Positions 53,722 to 62,184 of a stretch of 64,000 bases of DNA are shown piece after piece. Numbering within the stretch: position 1 is the stretch's first letter; every line of letters begins with the position of its first letter. The stretch comes from Pirellulales bacterium (lineage in GTDB: Bacteria; Planctomycetota; Planctomycetia; Pirellulales; JALHPA01): positions 5,641 through 69,640 of the forward strand of contig JBGSSS010000136.1 of the NCBI GenBank assembly GCA_041736895.1. The letters are read 5' to 3'. The notes beneath the pieces are model-generated. The model was not told where the DNA came from. It saw only the letters and a list, made by a program, of their open reading frames with translations, and did not search any database. Both the position numbers and the translations under genes were made by a program.

Positions 53722-54720
53722 TTATTTCTTCACCGGTTCCGGCATGCTCCAAGCTTCGAGCCATTCTTCCTTCTCGAACTTCATCCCGAAATCCTTGAGC
53801 AGACGCTTCTGCAGGTCGGGCATGTGCCCGCCGCCGTAGAAGATGCCGATCTTTTGCTTCCCATCGGCGATTTGTTTCTTGAGAACATCGAGCGCCGCTT
53901 GGTTGCGGCCTTCGATGATCGTCGAACCATCGGGTCCGCCGAACATGAGACTCAGATTGTCCATGTTTTCGAACTGCACGGCCATGGCGCGCTTTAGCTT
54001 GAGAGCGCGATTGTTCGGGTCGAACAGGGCCATGAGCATTTCCATTTCGGCGCCTCCTTGGCCCTTGGCTTGCATCTCGCTTTGCATCGCCATCGACGCG
54101 CCCATCATCTTGAAGATCATCGAAGTCATGCTTTCGCCGCGATCTTTCATCGCCTTGGAAAATTGATCCGGCGACATGTCGGCATGAACGAGATTCTTTT
54201 TGGTGTAATCGACTTGCTCGAGCTGGAACTCGAGTTCGAGGATGTCCTTCATCCCGCCTTGGATGCCCGAGACCACGCCGCGACGTTCGCCGCCGCCTTT
54301 GGGAACGCGGGTTCCTTCGGGAGCGACGAGTTCATAGAGGACGACGTCGTAGTTTTCGAACGCTTTGTCGAGGGCTTTGTAATACGACTTCTCGCCGACG
54401 TGGACGGCGCTGATCAGATCGACGACGAGACCTTTCTTGGCGGCATCTTGCGGGACATAGCGCGCAATCGACGTTTCCATCCCGGTGACGACGCCTTTGT
54501 CAGTCCGTTGAATGCGGAGGAACTTTCCTCCGGGGACCGTTTCAGCGGCGGCCTTGGCTGGCTCTTTGGAGGGTTCGCCTTTCTTCTCGCGCAGTTTCTT
54601 GGCATTGGCCGCGACATCGGCGGGCGTCCCCATGGGCTTGGCTGGTTCTTCGGCGAAGCCCAGAGTAAAAGCCCAAGTGATGGCCAGGGCCAGTGTGCCC
54701 GAAGTGATCGACATACGCAT
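53722..54720 (-). CDS. secreted protein, possibly TraB/GumN-like
   Basis: Start at 54720 gives the signal peptide MRMSITSGTLALAITWAFTLGFA. LISAVHVGEKSYYKALDKAFENYDVVLYEL resembles the TraB/GumN core, from memory only. Confidence 0.5.
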   Translation of the reverse strand: MRMSITSGTLALAITWAFTLGFAEEPAKPMGTPADVAANAKKLREKKGEPSKEPAKAAAETVPGGKFLRIQRTDKGVVTGMETSIARYVPQDAAKKGLVVDLISAVHVGEKSYYKALDKAFENYDVVLYELVAPEGTRVPKGGGERRGVVSGIQGGMKDILELEFQLEQVDYTKKNLVHADMSPDQFSKAMKDRGESMTSMIFKMMGASMAMQSEMQAKGQGGAEMEMLMALFDPNNRALKLKRAMAVQFENMDNLSLMFGGPDGSTIIEGRNQAALDVLKKQIADGKQKIGIFYGGGHMPDLQKRLLKDFGMKFEKEEWLEAWSMPEPVKK

Positions 54721-54881
54721 CGAGATATTCCTAATTCGGAGGAAGTTGAAGTGCTGTGTCGCAACGACGCTGACTATCGAAGTCGATACCTCGATCGCAG
54801 CTTGATTGTTTCCAGATTGCTGACTGACATGATAATTAAGTATAGGGAATTTCGTGCGCGCCGACAAACTTGTAAGTCAAT

Positions 54882-55036
54882 TTAGCCCCCGGTCAATGAC
54901 CGGGGGGGGCAAATCGTCGCGAGAATTCCCGCGTTGAGACACATCGGAAGTAGAATCATGATCATGGCATTCTTTAACGATCGAGAATTGAACTTCGCTC
55001 GTCCCGCTGTTCCCCCCGTCATTGACGGGGGGCTAA
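54882..55036. mobile_element. MITE-like element, family A, copy 2
   Basis: ttagcccccggtcaatgaccgggggggg ... tccccccgtcattgacggggggctaa, in the same orientation and with the same internal homology as 32499-32637. It lies between purC and the next minus-strand gene. Confidence 0.55.
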
Positions 55037-55060
55037 TGGGGATTTCGCCTAGTTCCCAAC

Positions 55061-55951
55061 TTATGCTGGCACAAAGGCCTCGCCGGTCAACCGTTCAAAG
55101 GCCTCGATATACCGCGCGCGGGTCTGAGCAATGATCTCCGCCGGCAGTTCCGGCGGCGGGCTGTTTTTGTCCCAGCCCGATTGTTCCAGCCAATCGCGGA
55201 CGAACTGTTTGTCGAACGACGGCTGATTTTGACCCGGGCGATAATCGTTGGCGGGCCAGAACCGCGAGCTGTCGGGCGTGAGCACTTCGTCGATCAAGAT
55301 AATAGGTCCATCGGGCGTGCGGCCCCACTCGAACTTCGTGTCGGCGATGATGATTCCGCGGCCCAGCGCCAAATCGGACCCGCGGCGATAGAGATCCAAA
55401 CTGCGCGTGCGCAACTCTTCGGCCGTTTCGCGGCCGATGTACTCGACCATTTGCTTGTACGAAATATTTTCGTCGTGCCCCAACTCGGCTTTTGTCGCCG
55501 GCGTAAAAATCGGCTCGGGCAAGCGATCGCCGTCGCGCAAGTCCGCGGGCAATTCGATGCCGCAGACACTTTGCGTTTGGCAGTATTCCTTCCAACCTGA
55601 TCCAGCGAGGTAACCGCGCACGACACACTCGATCGGCACGACGGTCGTTTTGCGGACGAGTGTCGAACGGCCTGCGAGTTGCTGCTCAAACTCAGCGGGC
55701 AGCCCGAAGTCGGCGAAGTGCGTCGAGAGGACCTGATGCTCGGTATCCGAGCGCTCAAACCACCAGGCGCTGAGCTGAGTCAGGACTTGCCCCTTGTCAG
55801 GAATTCCCGACGGCAAGATCCAATCAAAGGCGCTGATCCGATCGGTGCTGACCAGGAGCATTTTGTCGCCCAGGTCGTAAACATCGCGGACTTTGCCGCG
55901 GCGAACGGTATAACCGGGAAGATCGGTCGTGAGGAGCGGCGTGCGAGACAT
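55061..55951 (-). CDS. purC: phosphoribosylaminoimidazole-succinocarboxamide synthase
   Basis: GKVRDVYD, LLVSTDRISAFD and the long-form PurC layout. I chose the start at 55951. Confidence 0.9.
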   Translation of the reverse strand: MSRTPLLTTDLPGYTVRRGKVRDVYDLGDKMLLVSTDRISAFDWILPSGIPDKGQVLTQLSAWWFERSDTEHQVLSTHFADFGLPAEFEQQLAGRSTLVRKTTVVPIECVVRGYLAGSGWKEYCQTQSVCGIELPADLRDGDRLPEPIFTPATKAELGHDENISYKQMVEYIGRETAEELRTRSLDLYRRGSDLALGRGIIIADTKFEWGRTPDGPIILIDEVLTPDSSRFWPANDYRPGQNQPSFDKQFVRDWLEQSGWDKNSPPPELPAEIIAQTRARYIEAFERLTGEAFVPA

Positions 55952-56116
55952 GAGCGGTTCTCTTGGAATGGGAATTTGAGTAACTATCATACAGAAAGCA
56001 GGGATTTGGGATTAGGGGATAGAAGCGGCTAATCAGCAACCTAAAAAAGCTGAAGCGTCAAAGAAAAGTCTTGAATCCTCCTCCTTTTTCCTTCTTCCTT
56101 TTCCCTTTCCCTCTGC

Positions 56117-57148
56117 ATGCCCCTCGTTCTCGTCACCGGCGGCGCTGGCTACATCGGCAGTGTCGCCGTCTCCGAATTGATCGCCGCCGGCTATCATGTT
56201 GTCGTCTTTGACAATCTGTCCCTCGGCCATCGCGCGGCTGTTCATCCCGAGGCAATTTTCATTAAGGGTGATCTGGCCAATCGCGCACAAATCGAAGCCG
56301 CCTTCGCCGAGCACAAGCCCTCGGCCGTGCTGCACTTCGCCTCGCGCAGCCAGGTCGGCGAATCGATGCAGCAGCCTTTCAAGTACCTGGGCAACAACGT
56401 CATCGAAGGGCTAAACCTGATCGAAGTCGCCGTCGCTGCGGGCGTGCGCGAGTTCATCCTCTCGTCCACCGCGAACCTCTACGATCGGCCCGAGCAGATT
56501 CCGATCACCGAGAGCGAAGCGTTGATCCCCGGTAGTCCCTACGGCGAGGCCAAGCACTACCTCGAACGCGCGCTGCACTGGATGGAGCGGATTCATGGGC
56601 TACGCTACGCAGTGCTGCGCTATTTCAATGCGGCGGGCGCGACCGAAACGCTGGGTGAAGATCACACGCCCGAGACACACCTGATTCCGCTCGTGCTGCA
56701 AGTCGCGCTGGGCCAGCGGCCGCACATCACCGTGTTCGGCGACAATTACGAAACGCGCGATGGAACGTGCGTGCGCGATTACATTCATGTAACGGATCTC
56801 GCGCGGGCGCACTTGCTCGCGCTGCAAGCTCTGCCGCATGGCAGCCGGACGTACAACCTGGGCAACGGCTCGGGGTACACTGTCCGCGAGGTGATCGACA
56901 CCGCACGGCGCGTCACGGGCCATGCAATCCCGATGCAGATGGGCTTGCCGCGCGCGGGCGACGTCGCAACGCTCGTCGCCGGCAGCGACAAAATCCGCGC
57001 CGAGCTCGGCTGGAAACCGAAGTATCCTGACCTGGAACAAATCGTCCAAAGTGCGTGGGACTGGCATCGTGAGCACCCGCAGGGTTACAACGACAACCCG
57101 GGGCAAAGCTTGAAAGCCCGAGGCGTAAGCCAGGGCGTCAAGAGCTAG
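56117..57148 (+). CDS. galE: UDP-glucose 4-epimerase
   Basis: [12 protein letters not shown] Rossmann motif and the SPYGEAK catalytic YxxxK. 343 aa. Confidence 0.9.
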   Translation: MPLVLVTGGAGYIGSVAVSELIAAGYHVVVFDNLSLGHRAAVHPEAIFIKGDLANRAQIEAAFAEHKPSAVLHFASRSQVGESMQQPFKYLGNNVIEGLNLIEVAVAAGVREFILSSTANLYDRPEQIPITESEALIPGSPYGEAKHYLERALHWMERIHGLRYAVLRYFNAAGATETLGEDHTPETHLIPLVLQVALGQRPHITVFGDNYETRDGTCVRDYIHVTDLARAHLLALQALPHGSRTYNLGNGSGYTVREVIDTARRVTGHAIPMQMGLPRAGDVATLVAGSDKIRAELGWKPKYPDLEQIVQSAWDWHREHPQGYNDNPGQSLKARGVSQGVKS

Positions 57149-57286
57149 ACCGTGGCCGCGCGGTGATAATTGTTTCACCGCCGATCAAAAATTCGCCGCG
57201 CGTGGGAATCACTTGCCTTGCTGGAAATTGCCGAAGAGAATACTTGGTACATCGCAAGTCTCTTTTCCCATGTGATTCAGCTTTAG

Positions 57287-58060
57287 ATGTTCGGCAAGCT
57301 ATCTTCTTTTTTTGAGCGTTATCCGCGTTCTACCGCAATGGTGGGATCGCTGTTGGTGCATGCAGCGGCCGCGACGGCGTGTTTCATTCTCTTCGTTTGG
57401 TACTTGGACGCCGATCAAAAAGCGCAGTTTAGTTTTCATCGTGGCGTCACTTCGATCGAGTTGGCGTATATTCCTCCGGAGGAAGAAACGGCCCCTGTAC
57501 TGGTGCAGATCGTCGCGCAGCCGCAAACGGAAACCGTCAAGGAACCGCCTCTCGAAACAAAGCCGACGCCGCGCTCGCGCGGGCTCGACACGCCGGCCTT
57601 CGACCTAAGCTCACTGACCGCGCCTGGTTCGACAGCCGAACATCAGCCGATAGTGGTCGCTGCGCTCCCGCCGCTCACACGCGTGGAAAAACCAGCTCAA
57701 GAACAAAAGACCGAAATCAAACGTGGGGAACGACAAAAGAAACGAGTCGTCCAACAAGCTGCTTTGGCCTCGCAGGGGTCAAACGAAGAATATGTTCATG
57801 CGGGACTGCGTACGGACAAACCGAAGCACCCCACTGAAATGGTCCTTCGAAAAATAGGCGGATCGCTGCTATTGGAACTGCACATTGGCGTGAATGGAAA
57901 TGTCACGAATGTCGTACTAATCCAGTCCAGCGGCTATCCGTTGTACGATCAAGCAGCAATCAACACCGCCTTCAAATGGCACGGCACCCCGGCGCGAAGC
58001 GCCGGAGTGCCGGTCGAGTCCATTGTCTTTGTCCCAGTTATCTTTAAGACGCCGCTCTGA
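57287..58060 (+). CDS. TonB-family energy transducer
   Basis: N-terminal TM anchor, a Pro/Glu/Lys-rich spacer and a C-terminal TonB-like domain (GNVTNVVLIQSSGYPLYDQAAINTAFKW). Confidence 0.7.
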   Translation: MFGKLSSFFERYPRSTAMVGSLLVHAAAATACFILFVWYLDADQKAQFSFHRGVTSIELAYIPPEEETAPVLVQIVAQPQTETVKEPPLETKPTPRSRGLDTPAFDLSSLTAPGSTAEHQPIVVAALPPLTRVEKPAQEQKTEIKRGERQKKRVVQQAALASQGSNEEYVHAGLRTDKPKHPTEMVLRKIGGSLLLELHIGVNGNVTNVVLIQSSGYPLYDQAAINTAFKWHGTPARSAGVPVESIVFVPVIFKTPL

Positions 58061-58065
58061 CGGCT

Positions 58066-60498
58066 TTAATAAGTGTAACCGTAACTAAAGATCGCATTGA
58101 TCCCCGCGCCATCGACGCCGGATCCCAGCACGCGATAATATGTGTCGGTGATATTCTCCAAGCCCACCGCGAATTCGTGGCAATCGTTCTTGCCCCAGCG
58201 GCGGCCGGTGCGGGCATTCAGCGTCGCGTAACCCGGCGTTCCGCCCGGGATGAACCGCGCATCTTGCGAGTTCAACAACGAATATCGGTCCGCGCGTCCC
58301 GCGGCAAAGACAAAGATGTCGAGCCATTGCTTCGTGTAGGCCGAACGCCAGCGCGTGCCGAGTGTTCCCGTTAACGGCGGAATGCGCGAGAACGGTTCGC
58401 TCGGCGCACCGACTTCGTTGGTGCCCAGATCGACGCCGTAGGTGTACCAGACATTGCCGTAAAGACTCCACCCGCAATAGCCCCACGAATCAAGCATGTA
58501 TTCGCCGCCCAATTCTGTCCCGTAGATGTATGAATCCGAGTTGTCGCGAATAACGTTCGTTCCGTTGGGGGCAAACTGCCCTTGCGCATTGACTGGATAG
58601 CGCAGAATCGCGTTCTCCAGATTGTTCCAATATTGGAAGACCTGCATGCGGAAGTCATCGGTGTCGACCTTGAGCCCGACTTCGTAAGTCTGGCTGTATT
58701 CCGGTCCGACGTTGATGCTGGAAATCGTCTGAAATTGCCCTTGAGCGAACGAGACATCGGCGAAAAGATCGTCGAGGTTCGGCGCGCGGTAACCTTCGTA
58801 ATAGCCGCCAACCAGCGCACAGTCATCGGTCAATTTGTAGTTCAAACCGACGCTCGCCACCCAATCGTCGTACGAGCGATCGACAAACGTCGGCACATTG
58901 TTGATCGGCGTTGTCCCTTCGGCATTGGCCGACTCGTAGCGGATGCCCGGCATCACCGTCAGCCGTTCCGTCAAGGGAATCTCCCACATCGCGTAGACGC
59001 CGACGCGATCGTAGGTACTGTCGTTGGGAAACTGCGGTGTGACGTTTTGGTTCGCGGGCGGCACGGGATTGCTGTTGTTGATCGTGCGCGTGCGGACCGC
59101 ATCGACATCGTCGTAGTAGAAATCCGCGCCGTAGCTGAGCTTGCCGGCTTGCTCAAAATCCTTGACCAACGTCAGCACCGTGCCGAACGTGTTGACATCG
59201 AACTCGCCGAGTTCAAAGCGGTTCGTCGTGCCGTTGGCGTTGAGGCGGCGTTCGTTCACGCCTTCTTTTTGTCGGCTGTAGTTGAAGGTCAACGAATAGC
59301 CGTCATAAAACACGTTGTTGGTCAACCCATCGAGCCGCAGGTTCAGCATGTCGCGCTGCTGGACGTCGAAGAACGTCGGGCGCGGAGAACTCGTGAACGG
59401 TGCAAAGCGATCGCTGCGCGGGACATCTTGCTGCTCAAAATGCTGCATCGAGAGCGTCAGGATGTTGTCGGCATCGAGCAGTTGCTGGACCTTGAAATCG
59501 CCCGCGTATTGGTCGTAATCCGTAAACGGCTGCCGCCCTCGTCCGCCGCCGATGTCCAGGTCATTGACGTTCATGTAGCTCGCGCCGCCATAGATCCCGC
59601 GGTCACCCGTCCAGGTCTCGACGCTCATCCGCGTGTAGCTCGCCAGGTCGGCCGTGCTAAAGATTTCCTTGAACCCGGCATCGCCGTAGCTGCCCGAGTA
59701 GCGGTCGGGCGATTTCGTGACGACGTTGATCACGCCGCCGATCGCGTCCGAGCCCCAGAGCACCGATTGCGCGCCGCGAACCACTTCGATCCGCTCGACC
59801 ATCCCCGGGTCGATCGTGCTGAAGTATTGGTTTGGCCCGGCGCGAAACGTCGAATTGTTCAACCGCACGCCATCGATCAAGATGACGACCTGTTGGCCGG
59901 TTAACCCGCGAATAAACGGACTCGCTTGTCCCCGCGCGGCCGATTGCACGAGGACGCCGACTTCGTTCTGCAACGTCCGAGCCATATCGCTAGACTGGCG
60001 TTCTTCGAGCAATTGCGGTCCGATGATCGTGATATCGTTCGGGCTATCGAAGATCGACATGTCGAGCCCGCGCGTCGCGCTCGTCGCCCCGGGCATGATG
60101 CTGCCGCCGGTAGACATGACTTGATCGCGCAGAGGGATGTACCCATACAATTCCCCCGGAGCCAGGTTCGGCCCCGGGTTCACCGGGCCATCGTTACCGG
60201 GAAACGAATCCGTCGGCGTGACACCGGGCAGCGGTGTGGTTGGCTGGGTCGTTGGCGGCTCCACCACGACGGGTGGGAGAGTCCCCTCAGGTGTTGGTTG
60301 TGCATGCGCGACTTGCATCACGCGCTCAACCGACGATCCATTGCCGGTCAACGAGTAAGGCGATGAGCTTGGCAGCGGCGGAAACGGTGCCGGAGCAACA
60401 TTGCCTTCTTCCGCATGACCGAGGCTTGCGATGCTCGTGAAAAGTCCAGCAGCCAACAGACCCGCCAAGCGGCGGCGCTTCGAAAAAACAATCCGCAT
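58066..60498 (-). CDS. TonB-dependent outer-membrane receptor (possibly haem/iron)
   Basis: Signal peptide, a plug domain (GQQVVILIDGVRLNN, RIEVVRGAQSVLWGSDAIGGVINVVT) and a 22-strand-sized barrel ending in an aromatic residue (FSYGYTY). It is divergent from hemP. Confidence 0.85.
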   Translation of the reverse strand: MRIVFSKRRRLAGLLAAGLFTSIASLGHAEEGNVAPAPFPPLPSSSPYSLTGNGSSVERVMQVAHAQPTPEGTLPPVVVEPPTTQPTTPLPGVTPTDSFPGNDGPVNPGPNLAPGELYGYIPLRDQVMSTGGSIMPGATSATRGLDMSIFDSPNDITIIGPQLLEERQSSDMARTLQNEVGVLVQSAARGQASPFIRGLTGQQVVILIDGVRLNNSTFRAGPNQYFSTIDPGMVERIEVVRGAQSVLWGSDAIGGVINVVTKSPDRYSGSYGDAGFKEIFSTADLASYTRMSVETWTGDRGIYGGASYMNVNDLDIGGGRGRQPFTDYDQYAGDFKVQQLLDADNILTLSMQHFEQQDVPRSDRFAPFTSSPRPTFFDVQQRDMLNLRLDGLTNNVFYDGYSLTFNYSRQKEGVNERRLNANGTTNRFELGEFDVNTFGTVLTLVKDFEQAGKLSYGADFYYDDVDAVRTRTINNSNPVPPANQNVTPQFPNDSTYDRVGVYAMWEIPLTERLTVMPGIRYESANAEGTTPINNVPTFVDRSYDDWVASVGLNYKLTDDCALVGGYYEGYRAPNLDDLFADVSFAQGQFQTISSINVGPEYSQTYEVGLKVDTDDFRMQVFQYWNNLENAILRYPVNAQGQFAPNGTNVIRDNSDSYIYGTELGGEYMLDSWGYCGWSLYGNVWYTYGVDLGTNEVGAPSEPFSRIPPLTGTLGTRWRSAYTKQWLDIFVFAAGRADRYSLLNSQDARFIPGGTPGYATLNARTGRRWGKNDCHEFAVGLENITDTYYRVLGSGVDGAGINAIFSYGYTY

Positions 60499-60774
60499 GG
60501 GTTCCACCCGATGTCTTCAGCCCATAGCGCGGCACATAGCCCGAAGCGAGTCCCTTCGCCATCGACTTGGTATGTGAAGAGCTTCGGAAAGATCGGGCAG
60601 AAGCAATCAAAGTGATTTTATTGGTCGTTACACCTTAACTTGTCTTTAGGGCGAATGGCGAGTCGTTCGCCAGAGCTGATGAAGTTTTCGTCATACGATC
60701 TTGTGCGTCGTGAAAAAAAGAAGTCACAAACGCATATTTGTGCTGGGCATCCGTTTTGCATCTTGCTAGCGTCC

Positions 60775-60963
60775 ATGCCTAACGACATCTCGCCAGACGA
60801 CGATCACGATTCCACTTCTGCTAGCACGCCCAATGATCCCGAGCGGCTGATCGTCAGTTCGGCCGAGGTACTCCGCGGCAGGTCCGAAATCTGGATCGAG
60901 CATGGGACAGAAATGTACCGGCTCCGGCTGACGCGTGCGGGCAAGCTCTTACTCAGCAAATAA
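60775..60963 (+). CDS. hemP: hemin uptake protein HemP-like
   Basis: 62 aa from the ATG at 60775. The C-terminus SAEVLRGRSEIWIEHGTEMYRLRLTRAGKLLLSK matches the HemP signature (I-H-G-Y-LR-T-GKL-L-K). Confidence 0.7.
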   Translation: MPNDISPDDDHDSTSASTPNDPERLIVSSAEVLRGRSEIWIEHGTEMYRLRLTRAGKLLLSK

Positions 60964-61053
60964 CGCCGTAGAGATCAATTTTCTGCGATTTTTCTTTTTG
61001 GCTTTGGAGATCGCTCTTGGCACGGCTGCGAGCTCTCGGTACTGTTCCTCGCG

Positions 61054-61815
61054 TTGAAATCCGCCTGGCGGGTCTGCGCCATGATCGATTGCTTGTCCTT
61101 ACACGCTATGCCTATGCCAGCGCTTGCCAACTTTTGCAGACCATGGAAGCTGGGTCGCGTTGCGCTCTGTTGCGTCGTGCTTTGCTGCGCAAGTTGCACG
61201 ACCAATCCGTTCCAGAACAAGCCCTCGGCAACGCCGGCGGACATCGCGCGGTTTGGCCCAACGGCTAATCAGCGGATCAAAGACTTGAAAGCGATGCGCG
61301 AAGCGGGACCCGGCACCGATCCTGCCGTTCACGAAAGCAAAGCGGCGGAACTCGCTCGCAAAATCCAAACCGAGCGTGATCCGCTCGTGCGTGCCCAGAT
61401 CATACGGACCATCGAAATCTATCCGACCCGGCTCACGTCGGCCGTCTTGCACGCCGCGACGAATGATCCCGAACCGGCGGTGCGGATTGCCTGCGCCGAA
61501 TCCTGGGGCAAACGTACGACCGACGAAGCGGTCGAACACCTCAGCGAATTGTACAAGAAAGACGAGAGCATCGACGTGCGCCTCGCCGCGATCAAAGGAC
61601 TCGGCGCGACAAAAAATCAAACCGCGGTCCAAAAACTGGCCCCGGCGCTCGATGACAAAGATCCCGCGCTCCAATTCGTCGCCATTCAATCGCTGCAAAC
61701 GATCACCGGCGCTGATCTGGGCTACGACGTGACGAAGTGGCGTGAGTATCTCAAGAACCCGCCAGCCGAACGACCGCAACAAGGGGTTGCTGATCGGCTG
61801 CGCCAGTTGTTCTAA
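61054..61815 (+). CDS. HEAT-repeat protein with N-terminal hydrophobic/Cys-rich signal (possible lipoprotein; start uncertain)
   Basis: HEAT/PBS-lyase-like repeats (DPLVRAQIIRTI, DPEPAVRIACAESWG, DVRLAAIKGLG, DPALQFVAIQSL). Confidence 0.65.
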   Translation: MKSAWRVCAMIDCLSLHAMPMPALANFCRPWKLGRVALCCVVLCCASCTTNPFQNKPSATPADIARFGPTANQRIKDLKAMREAGPGTDPAVHESKAAELARKIQTERDPLVRAQIIRTIEIYPTRLTSAVLHAATNDPEPAVRIACAESWGKRTTDEAVEHLSELYKKDESIDVRLAAIKGLGATKNQTAVQKLAPALDDKDPALQFVAIQSLQTITGADLGYDVTKWREYLKNPPAERPQQGVADRLRQLF

Positions 61816-62184
61816 ACGGTTTGAACGAGTGCTTTGTCGTAACTAGAAGTACGGGTGCCATGCCCACGCAATAATGGAAACCCTGGAGCTAGAATAGTCG
61901 TCGTGCGTAGGCATGTTTCAGCGATTCGCCCCAAAACATGCTCACGCCCCAAGCCGCTTTTGCCGTTCAGCGCTGCATCGAGGCGTGAGCATAGCACCCA
62001 CGATTACCTGACGATTTTTTCATAGTCAATTTCTAGTTACCCGCTGGAGACTCGTCTTGTTGCTTAGCGGACAGCCGGATACACTTTGCCCGCGCAAAGC
62101 AATCTCGCGAACGAAAAGGAATTCGCTTCGTGATTGTTGAATACGTTCTTAGAAGATCATTGACTCGCAGGGAAGGGCCAACGG

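Noticed and set aside
60499-60774. A possible cobalamin or other riboswitch upstream of the TonB-dependent receptor.
   Set aside because: I saw no B12-box or other riboswitch core motif on either strand. The adjacent HemP-like gene points to haem/iron rather than cobalamin.
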